Shown here one piece after another: positions 56,869 to 64,000 of a stretch of 64,000 nt of DNA; positions within the stretch are counted from its first letter, which is position 1; each line of letters opens with the position of its first letter. The position numbers and the translations under genes were made by a program. The notes beneath the pieces are model-generated. The model did not search any database and was not told where the DNA came from. It saw only the letters and a list, made by a program, of their open reading frames with translations. This stretch comes from an uncultured bacterium. GTDB taxonomy: Bacteria > Desulfobacterota > Syntrophorhabdia > Syntrophorhabdales > JANXAF01. The stretch lies in assembly GCA_938084905.1 (NCBI GenBank), contig CALKEQ010000004.1:132269-196268 (forward strand), read 5' to 3'.

Positions 56869-58689
56869 TTATTCCACTGTCACACTTTTTGCAAGATTCC
56901 TGGGCTGGTCAACATCAGTTCCAAGAAAATTAGCAATGTGATAGGCGAAAAGCTGTAAGGGGATAACACTCACGATAGGCTGAAGCTCATAAATGGTCTT
57001 TGGTACAACGAAAACGTCCTCAACTTTTTTCGCCATTCCATGAGAGTCCATGTCCGTAATAAGAATGACCTTTCCCTGTCTTGAGATAACCTCTTCTATG
57101 TTACTGCACATTTTACTGTAGGTAGAATCCCCAGGAGATAGGCACAAAACTGGCATTCTCTCATCGATGAGTGCGATAGGTCCGTGCTTCATCTCTCCAG
57201 CTGCATATCCTTCCGCATGGATGTACGATATCTCTTTAAGTTTTAGGGCTCCCTCGAGTACCGTTGGGAAATTTATCCCTCTCCCCAGGTAAAGAAAGTT
57301 TTTGTAGTACATGTACTTTTTCGACATCTCCTCTATCTTTGCCCCGCCTTCTAGTACCTCATTTACCTTATGAGGAATTTTTTTCAGCTCTGAGATCATC
57401 TTTTTGATCTCTTTTTTCTCCTTAGTTTTCATTCTGCTTGCAAAGAAAAGCATTAGCATAAATAGGACAGCTATCTGGGTGGTGAATGCCTTTGTGGAGG
57501 CAACACCGATTTCTGGCCCTGCACGAGTGAAGATCGTGCTATCTGTTTCCCTTGAAAGTGTACTTCCAAGGACGTTACATATGGAAAGGGTATAGGCACC
57601 CCTCTTCTTCCCCTCCCTCATGGCTGCAATCGTATCAGCCGTCTCTCCAGACTGGGAGATGAGTATGAGAAAATCCCCTTTTCTCACAGGTGGTTCCCTG
57701 TATCTAAATTCGGATGCTAAATCGACCTCAACAGGTATTTTCAGGTTCCTCTCGAAGATGTATTTTCCTATAAGGCATGCATGGTAGGATGTTCCACAGG
57801 CAACCATCCAAAATTTTCGTATTCGGCTCAAGGGCATCTCCTCCAACTCCTCAAAATGGATCTCCCCTTTCTCCTCCAAGATCCTTCCAAGTATGGTATC
57901 GGATATTGAACTTGGCTGTTCGTATATCTCTTTTAGCATGAAGTGTTTGAATCCGCCTTTTTCTGCCATCATGGGAGTCCAGTTTACCTCACGGATTTCC
58001 CTTTCCACATTCTCTCCATTTCGATCGAGGATTCTTACTCCGTCATCGGTGAGAACAGCGATGTCTCCATCTTCGAGGAAGATAAAGCGATTAGTTTTTG
58101 ATATTAATGCGGGAGCATCTGATGCTATAAAGTACTCCCCATCTCCCACCCCAATAAGCAGAGGACTCTCATGCCTAACACCGACAAGTATCCTCTCCTT
58201 TTCCCTCAAGATTGCCAATGCATAAGAGCCTTTAAGGTCTTTTACAGCCCTTCTTACAGCACCTACGAGATCGAAACCTTCTCTAGTGTAGTAAAGGATT
58301 AGATTTGGTATGACTTCCGTATCAGTGTCAGATTGAAAACGGTATCCTTTTTTTTTAAGCCTTTCCTTGATTTCAAGGTGATTCTCTATTATCCCGTTGT
58401 GAACGACAACTATGTCATGAGCGCGGAAAGGATGAGCATTCCTATCGGAAGGGACTCCGTGGGTAGCCCACCTTGTGTGCCCTATCCCTATTGTTCCGGA
58501 AAGTTCATCTTTATCTATAAGCCTTTTTAAATCATCAACCTTTCCCTTTTTTTTGATGATCCTTATTCTCTGACCATCTCCAATTGCAACACCTGCCGAA
58601 TCGTAACCACGGTACTCTAGTCTCTTCAACGCCTCTATAACGATTTGGTCTGCCCTATTTTTCCCTATGTACCCCACTATTCCGCACAA
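56869..58689 (-). CDS. glmS: Glutamine--fructose-6-phosphate aminotransferase
   Basis: MCGIVGY N-terminal nucleophile, two SIS domains, and a C-terminal ...KSVTVE. Confidence 0.95.
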   Translation of the reverse strand: MCGIVGYIGKNRADQIVIEALKRLEYRGYDSAGVAIGDGQRIRIIKKKGKVDDLKRLIDKDELSGTIGIGHTRWATHGVPSDRNAHPFRAHDIVVVHNGIIENHLEIKERLKKKGYRFQSDTDTEVIPNLILYYTREGFDLVGAVRRAVKDLKGSYALAILREKERILVGVRHESPLLIGVGDGEYFIASDAPALISKTNRFIFLEDGDIAVLTDDGVRILDRNGENVEREIREVNWTPMMAEKGGFKHFMLKEIYEQPSSISDTILGRILEEKGEIHFEELEEMPLSRIRKFWMVACGTSYHACLIGKYIFERNLKIPVEVDLASEFRYREPPVRKGDFLILISQSGETADTIAAMREGKKRGAYTLSICNVLGSTLSRETDSTIFTRAGPEIGVASTKAFTTQIAVLFMLMLFFASRMKTKEKKEIKKMISELKKIPHKVNEVLEGGAKIEEMSKKYMYYKNFLYLGRGINFPTVLEGALKLKEISYIHAEGYAAGEMKHGPIALIDERMPVLCLSPGDSTYSKMCSNIEEVISRQGKVILITDMDSHGMAKKVEDVFVVPKTIYELQPIVSVIPLQLFAYHIANFLGTDVDQPRNLAKSVTVE

Positions 58690-59687
58690 GATTCACCTCC
58701 GACAAGGAAAGAAAAATTGCCAATCCATTCTGCTCTTTTGACTTTCATTTTCTCCATGTAAACAAATGTTCCTATTCTTGCATCCTCTTCTATCTCACAG
58801 TCCTTTATCACAACATGATCACCGATTTCCACCCTATCTCCGATTCTACTTCTACCCGTTATCTCCACATTGTTTCCTATCTTAACGTCCACTCCTATCA
58901 TCACATGGGCTCCGATTGTAACATCCGGACCGCAAATTGTGACACCATTTTCAAGATGTCTCTCTATTATCCTCTTTCTCATTATCTCGTTTGCGCGGAA
59001 AAGCTCGATTTTAGTGTTTATCCCAAGAACCTCATCAGGATCATTGCAGAAAAATGCCCGCACTGGTCTACCCTCCTTTCTAGCTATAGAACATATGTCA
59101 GTTAGGTAGAATTCGCCCTTTCTGTTGAGATTCGTAATACTTTTTAGGAAAGGGAAGCATTCTGACGGGATAACACAAATTCCTGTATTTACGATTCCTA
59201 TCTTCCTTTCCTCGGGATCTGCATCCTTTTCCTCCACTATCCTTTCAATAGTATCCCCATCCATTACAACCCTTCCATACCCTTTAGGATCTTCAACCCT
59301 TGTAACCATGAAAGTGATTTCCCTCTCCCTTCTATAGAAATCGAGAAAATCTTTGAGGGTCTTTTCCTCGATAAGCGGTACATCTCCATAAAGTACGAGA
59401 ACATCTGTCCCAGAAACCGCAGCCTCGACACACAAAAGCGCATGGGCTGTTCCTTTTTGCTCCTCTTGTACGTAAAAATCGAGTTTCTCACCTTTGAGAT
59501 AATTTAAGACCTTCTCCCTCCCGAAACCCAAAACCACAACGCACCTTTTAGTTTTAAGCTTCTTTGCAACGTCTATAACGTAACCAATCATGGGCTTATC
59601 TATGATTTTGTGCATCACTTTCGGTAGATCCGATTTCATCCTTTCCCCTCTGCCGGCAGCAAGAATTACAGTGCTCAGTTCCCTCAT
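58677..59687 (-). CDS. glmU: GlmU-like N-acetylglucosamine-1-phosphate uridyltransferase with a truncated left-handed beta-helix domain
   Basis: LAAGRGERMKSDLPKVMH, QEEQKGTAHA and YGDVPL uridyltransferase motifs. It is only 336 aa and ends at ...IGNFSFLVGGESCAE, overlapping the glmS start by 13 nt. Confidence 0.7.
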   Translation of the reverse strand: MRELSTVILAAGRGERMKSDLPKVMHKIIDKPMIGYVIDVAKKLKTKRCVVVLGFGREKVLNYLKGEKLDFYVQEEQKGTAHALLCVEAAVSGTDVLVLYGDVPLIEEKTLKDFLDFYRREREITFMVTRVEDPKGYGRVVMDGDTIERIVEEKDADPEERKIGIVNTGICVIPSECFPFLKSITNLNRKGEFYLTDICSIARKEGRPVRAFFCNDPDEVLGINTKIELFRANEIMRKRIIERHLENGVTICGPDVTIGAHVMIGVDVKIGNNVEITGRSRIGDRVEIGDHVVIKDCEIEEDARIGTFVYMEKMKVKRAEWIGNFSFLVGGESCAE

Positions 59688-60418
59688 TTTTTCTTACCGA
59701 AGAACTTGAGTATAAGAATGCTTACCTCGTATAGGCCGATAAGCGGCAGTGCGAGAAGAATCTGACTTGTCACATCAGGGGGTGTGACTATGGCTGCTAC
59801 TATAAATATTCCCAGAATGCATATCTTCCTTTTCTTTCGAAGGGTGTTGTGAGTGACTATACCTGCCCTTCCAAGGTAGTACATGACAAGTGGGAATTCA
59901 AATACTACCCCAAAAAATATGAGCATCTTAAGAGTTAGACCCATGTAGCCTTTCAGATCTGGCATTGGAATTATGTAGTCTGTGGCGAAACTGACAAAAA
60001 AACTGTAAACGTAAGGTATAACAACATAGTATGAGAAGAGAGCTCCACCTACAAAGGAAAGGGATCCGAAAAAGATGAAAGGGTAAACGTACCTCTTCTC
60101 ATGCTCATAAAGGCCAGGTGCAACGAACATCCATATTTCGTATAGGATAAGGGGGGAAGCAAGAAAGATTGCTGCGACGAATGCTACCTTAAGGTAGGTG
60201 ATGAAGGCCTCGGTTATGTACGTGAATATAAAGCCACTCTGGTCTGGCATCACCTTTATGTAAGGCCTCATCAGAAATTCGAAAATCTTCTCCTTGAAAT
60301 TGTAAGTGAAGATAAATGCCACCCCAACCCCTGCGAGGGATATGATAAGCCTATTCCTCAACTCTGCAAGATGGGCGAGAAATGGCTTTCGATCTTCGCT
60401 TTCTACGTTTTCAGACAT
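59684..60418 (-). CDS. tatC: Twin-arginine translocase subunit TatC
   Basis: [12 protein letters not shown] motif and 6 TM segments. The likely start is ATG 60418 (MSENVES), which overlaps the tatA end by 8 nt. The track's 60487 start is an upstream extension. Confidence 0.85.
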   Translation of the reverse strand: MSENVESEDRKPFLAHLAELRNRLIISLAGVGVAFIFTYNFKEKIFEFLMRPYIKVMPDQSGFIFTYITEAFITYLKVAFVAAIFLASPLILYEIWMFVAPGLYEHEKRYVYPFIFFGSLSFVGGALFSYYVVIPYVYSFFVSFATDYIIPMPDLKGYMGLTLKMLIFFGVVFEFPLVMYYLGRAGIVTHNTLRKKRKICILGIFIVAAIVTPPDVTSQILLALPLIGLYEVSILILKFFGKKK

Positions 60419-60656
60419 GGGAAGAGGATTTCTCCTTCTCTTGAGGGGTGGTATCCTCTTTATCCTCGGTTGAAAGATCCACCTCAATCTTCGTCATCTC
60501 TTCTCTTATGGTCTCTTTCACATCATCCGCCATCTTCCTGAATTCGTCAAGGGTCTTCCCAATTGATCTGGCCACCTCTGGAAGCTTTGAAGGACCAAAA
60601 AGAAGGAGTGCAACGATGAGGATCACAATGATCTCTGGTAGACCTAGTCCAAACAT
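60411..60656 (-). CDS. tatA: Twin-arginine translocase subunit TatA/E
   Basis: [27 protein letters not shown] is the canonical TatA N-terminus. The start is therefore ATG 60656, not 60704. Confidence 0.85.
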   Translation of the reverse strand: MFGLGLPEIIVILIVALLLFGPSKLPEVARSIGKTLDEFRKMADDVKETIREEMTKIEVDLSTEDKEDTTPQEKEKSSSHV

Positions 60657-60756
60657 CTTGCAACTTATAAGATTAGCACAGAGGTTGGGAAAATGGAATA
60701 CCACATTGAAAAATGGGCACTTTTGTTGTAAATTTTGGTGCTCGAAAAAAAAAAGA

Positions 60757-61746
60757 ATGAAGAGAATTTTCAGCGGTATCCAACCAACAGGTGAAATCCA
60801 TATAGGAAATTACGTTGGGGCAATAAGGGAGTGGGTTAGGCTAACGGAAGATTACGACTGTATTTACTGTGTAGTCGACTTCCACGCCTTAACAGTGGAA
60901 TATCCTGTAGATGAGATGGCGAAAAGAACACTGGATACGGCAATCGTTCTCATAGCCTGTGGACTTACTCCTGAAAAATGTAAGCTCTTTATTCAGTCAG
61001 CAGTTCCTGAACATACTGAACTCGCCTGGATTTTTAACTGTGTTACACCTGTCGGTGATCTGGAAAGGATGACCCAGTTCAAGGAGAAGGCAAGGCAACA
61101 CAGAGGAAATGTAAACATGGGTCTTATGGATTATCCCGTTTTGCAGGCAGCAGACATACTCATTTACAAAGCAGAGTTTGTACCTGTTGGAGAGGATCAG
61201 ATCCAGCACATAGAGCTTTCAAGGGAAATAGCAAGGAAGTTTAACGGAAGGTTCAAACCACTTTTCCCCGAACCACAGGTGATTCTCTCCCGTGCACCTA
61301 GAATCCTCGGCCTTGATGGAAAATCGAAGATGTCGAAGAGTCTTAACAACTACATTGGTCTTTTGGAGGAAGAAAGGACCATCTGGGAAAAACTAAGAAC
61401 AGCTGTGACTGATACGAATAGGGTTAGGCGCTATGACCCTGGAAATCCTCATCTTTGCAATGTTTTCACGATACATACCGCATTCTCAGAAAAGGGCCTC
61501 CTTGAAGAAATTGAGAGAGACTGTAGAAGTGCTAGGATAGGCTGCATAGACTGTAAAAGGATGCTTTTTGAGCGGATAATTGAGGAGATAGCACCTATAA
61601 GAGAGAGAGTGGAAGAAATAAAGAAGAATGTGGACTACGTATTTGAAGTTTTAAATACTTCCGCACTAAAATGCAGGGAGATTGCCAAAAGGACAATAGA
61701 TGAGGTCAGAGAAGCTCTCGGTCTTTTAAGTCTCAAGAAGGGGTAG
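60757..61746 (+). CDS. trpS: Tryptophan--tRNA ligase
   Basis: From ATG 60757 the sequence reads [19 protein letters not shown] (HIGH) with a downstream KMSKS. The first 103 codons of the track ORF (60448-) are antisense to tatA/tatC. Confidence 0.9.
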   Translation: MKRIFSGIQPTGEIHIGNYVGAIREWVRLTEDYDCIYCVVDFHALTVEYPVDEMAKRTLDTAIVLIACGLTPEKCKLFIQSAVPEHTELAWIFNCVTPVGDLERMTQFKEKARQHRGNVNMGLMDYPVLQAADILIYKAEFVPVGEDQIQHIELSREIARKFNGRFKPLFPEPQVILSRAPRILGLDGKSKMSKSLNNYIGLLEEERTIWEKLRTAVTDTNRVRRYDPGNPHLCNVFTIHTAFSEKGLLEEIERDCRSARIGCIDCKRMLFERIIEEIAPIRERVEEIKKNVDYVFEVLNTSALKCREIAKRTIDEVREALGLLSLKKG

Positions 61747-61759
61747 TTAATCGCTGAAT

Positions 61760-62584
61760 ATGAGGAACCTCTCAATAGGTATATTCGATTCAGGAGTAGG
61801 TGGCCTTACCGTTTTTAAGGAAATAAGTAGTTTACTTCCTGGAGAGAATTTGATCTATCTTGGAGATACCGCAAGGGTTCCCTACGGAGGAAAATCAGCA
61901 CAGGCGATAACAAGGTATGCTCTCGAGTGTGCCTTATTCCTTTTAACAAAGGGGATAAAGCTCCTCGTAATCGCATGTAACGTTTCTTCCGCCTATGCTT
62001 TGCCACTTATAAAGAGGAGATTTCCCATCCCAGTAGTAGGGGTCATAGAACCTGGGGTAAGAGAGGCTGCATCTGTAACAAGATCTAAAAGGGTTGGGGT
62101 CATAGGGACAAAGGGCACAATAAGAAGCGGCGTTTACGAAAATTACCTAAAAAGGATCGACCCGGAAATTGTTGTTATTTCAAAGGCCTGCCCTCTTTTT
62201 GTTCCAATCGTGGAGGAAGGACTTGAAAGCGACGAAATAGCTTACATTATGGCTGAAAGGTACCTAAAGGAAATAAAGGAGGCAGATGTGGATACCCTAG
62301 TACTTGGTTGCACCCATTACCCGGTCCTTGAGAATGTTATAAGATCAGTCATGGGGAGTCACGTCAAAATAGTGCACAGCGGTAAAGAAACAGCAAAAGT
62401 GGTAAAGGACCTCTTGGAAAAGGAGAATCTCTTAAGTAGAAGAAGAAAGGGGGAACATAGGTACTTTGTCACCGATCTACCCGAATCTTTCATAGAGACG
62501 GGGTCAAGAATTTTAGGTAGAAAAATCGACTCCGTTAAGTGTGTGAAACAGATGGATTTCAGGTACATCTTCTTCTCTTCATGA
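61760..62584 (+). CDS. murI: Glutamate racemase
   Basis: Motifs GIFDSGVGGLTV, ACNVSS and GCTHYP, carrying the two catalytic Cys. Confidence 0.9.
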   Translation: MRNLSIGIFDSGVGGLTVFKEISSLLPGENLIYLGDTARVPYGGKSAQAITRYALECALFLLTKGIKLLVIACNVSSAYALPLIKRRFPIPVVGVIEPGVREAASVTRSKRVGVIGTKGTIRSGVYENYLKRIDPEIVVISKACPLFVPIVEEGLESDEIAYIMAERYLKEIKEADVDTLVLGCTHYPVLENVIRSVMGSHVKIVHSGKETAKVVKDLLEKENLLSRRRKGEHRYFVTDLPESFIETGSRILGRKIDSVKCVKQMDFRYIFFSS

Positions 62585-64000
62585 TCGTACAAGTCGCTCT
62601 TCCTTACCCTGTCTCCCGCCTCTTCTCCTATAACGTCCCTTCCCACCTAGAATCCTTTCTATTTCCATCTCAGAGGGTAAAAGTCCCCTTCAGGGAACGA
62701 AATGTGAAGGGATACATAATTTCGATTGAGGAGGGCGAAAACCCTGATCTAAAGGAGATTGTTGAGCTTCTTGATATTGCTCCGATTATCCCTTCATCCC
62801 TCATAAAACTTATTGAGTGGATGAAGGATACCTTCCTCGTTCCATATGGAGTTCTCCTTAAATATGCTCTCTCAGATGTCCTAACAATTGAAGATTATGT
62901 GGAAATAGATGCGGAAGGATCTGATCTCCACGGTCTTACGCTGAAAAAGGCGTACAAAAAGTACGGAAGAGAGAGGATCTTCTCTCTTTTTTCCTCTGGA
63001 AAGATAAGAATGAAGGACGTCTTCTTTCATTCGATCTTTCCCTTTTCGGAGAGAAAAGAATGGGAAAGTGGGTCTCTAAAGAAGCTTTTCATAGGTCCCT
63101 TCGAGAGGAGATTAAAGATCTACTTAGACGAGATAGAGGCTGCTTTTAGAAAGAACAAAAACTGCCTTTTTTTTGTCCCACCTTACGGTTTGAGCGGAAA
63201 AGTTGTCTACGATTTTTTAGCTAAATATTACCCTGGAAGGGTTCTTTGGTACGGCCATGAGATAAAAAAGAAGGAGAGGATAAAAATCTTTTTTGCTCTT
63301 GGAACAAGCTCTCCTTATTTAGTTCTTTCCAATGTTTCCGGACTTTTCTTACCTCTATCCAATCCCGGTCTTGTGATAATTGAGAGACCTGAGGATGAAA
63401 GCTACATAATGGATACTAGGTTCAGTATAAATGTGGCAGAATCTGCAATGAAAAGGTGTGAGATTGAAGGTATTCCGCTCGTCACTGGAAGTATTTCGCC
63501 ACCACTTTCATTTATACATAGAAAGGATTCTTTCACAGAAGTGAAAGAGGAAAGCCCCCATCCTTTCTCCATCCACACACCAAGTGCGAAAGACGACCAT
63601 AGATCGATCATAGGGGCCCTAAAAAGTATAGTTCTAGATGCGGTGAATAGGAACGAGGATGTTGCCATCTTCACCCCGCGCAAATACTACAGCGGAAAAA
63701 TCGAGTGCATGGAGTGCAAAGAAACCTTTACATGTTCGTCTTGTAAGGCAAATTTGTGCCTAAGTAAAGAAAAAAAGGGTATATTCTGTCCCCGTTGTGA
63801 ACTAGTAGAGGAAACGTACGAAAGGTGCAGAAGATGTGGGAGTTCTCTTACAAGTCTTAAAGCTTTTGGTGCTGAATTTTTCAAGGAATCTTTAGAGAAG
63901 GAGATCCCGCAGATTCCCGTCTACCTTGTAACATCGGAGACGGTTGAGAAGGACCTTATGAATAGACTTCTTGAGGAAAAAAAGAGTGGAAGACTTCTGC
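62581..64000 (+). CDS. priA: Primosomal protein N' (PriA) homologue, 5' partial (runs off the right edge); helicase motifs I and II degenerate
   Basis: Absent from the ORF track because there is no stop in the window. My translation from ATG 62581 (ATGA overlap with murI) gives MIVQVALPYPVSRLFSYNVP...VKVPFRERNVKGYI (3' DNA-binding domain)...CMECKETFTCSSCKANL...CPRCE...CRRCG (Cys-rich region). Minus ORFs 63402-63884 are antisense artefacts. Confidence 0.8.
   Translation, partial: MIVQVALPYPVSRLFSYNVPSHLESFLFPSQRVKVPFRERNVKGYIISIEEGENPDLKEIVELLDIAPIIPSSLIKLIEWMKDTFLVPYGVLLKYALSDVLTIEDYVEIDAEGSDLHGLTLKKAYKKYGRERIFSLFSSGKIRMKDVFFHSIFPFSERKEWESGSLKKLFIGPFERRLKIYLDEIEAAFRKNKNCLFFVPPYGLSGKVVYDFLAKYYPGRVLWYGHEIKKKERIKIFFALGTSSPYLVLSNVSGLFLPLSNPGLVIIERPEDESYIMDTRFSINVAESAMKRCEIEGIPLVTGSISPPLSFIHRKDSFTEVKEESPHPFSIHTPSAKDDHRSIIGALKSIVLDAVNRNEDVAIFTPRKYYSGKIECMECKETFTCSSCKANLCLSKEKKGIFCPRCELVEETYERCRRCGSSLTSLKAFGAEFFKESLEKEIPQIPVYLVTSETVEKDLMNRLLEEKKSGRLL

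Noticed and set aside
56841-58700. A possible glmS ribozyme upstream of glmS.
   Set aside because: The glmS start is overlapped by the glmU-like coding sequence, so no untranslated leader exists to house a ribozyme.
60448-60756. A 103-codon N-terminal extension of the trpS ORF.
   Set aside because: The extension is antisense to tatA/tatC and Ser-rich. The canonical TrpRS N-terminus ([18 protein letters not shown]) starts at 60757.
1-64000. A search for CRISPR arrays, IS elements, integrases, prophage genes, toxin-antitoxin or defence-island signatures, in-frame TGA (selenocysteine) splits, and long direct repeats.
   Set aside because: None were seen by eye. Gene content is housekeeping or metabolic, with continuous ORFs and no coding gap over ~220 nt. 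I could not run a systematic repeat computation.

Overview
This is a gene-dense, core-like chromosomal window (about 60 genes, short or overlapping junctions) from a thermophile-style, Gram-negative-type anaerobe. The taxon cannot be determined from sequence alone. No rRNA, tRNA, CRISPR array, transposase or prophage signal was seen.

Main content:
- **Sulfite reduction (1-6027, minus strand):** a dissimilatory sulfite reductase locus, dsrA-dsrB-dsrD-dsrN-(mini YHS ORF)-dsrC-dsrM-dsrK. It has a near-consensus promoter, and dsrK runs off the left edge.
- **Divergent pair next to dsrA:** an ArnD-like deacetylase and a radical-SAM/SPASM gene.
- **Candidate RNA element:** an orphan promoter-to-terminator unit upstream of a tolQ/exbB-tolR/exbD-tonB/tolA-uppP operon.
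- **Undecaprenyl-phosphate neighbourhood:** uppS, a DedA-superfamily gene and uppP, with a cNMP-binding-domain/GspE-type ATPase fusion embedded among them.
- **Benzoyl-CoA lower-pathway module:** SDR - had-like Zn-ADH - oah/bamA-like hydrolase - dch-like crotonase, with a thiolase plus DUF35 pair nearby.
- **Envelope genes:** mltG, dacB-like, bepA-like, GT9, murJ, murI and glmU/glmS.
- **Signalling:** a hybrid histidine kinase and a PAS-GGDEF protein.
- **Housekeeping:** guaBA, dnaE, accA, pgi, proC, pcm, trpS, tatAC, hup, radA and ruvX.
- **Other:** a 1383-aa double BcrAD-type ATPase/dehydratase-like fusion, a sirC-hemX-hemA-hemC tetrapyrrole cluster, and a 5' partial priA whose helicase ATP motifs appear degenerate.

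All protein identities come from motif and family recognition by eye. No database search was run.
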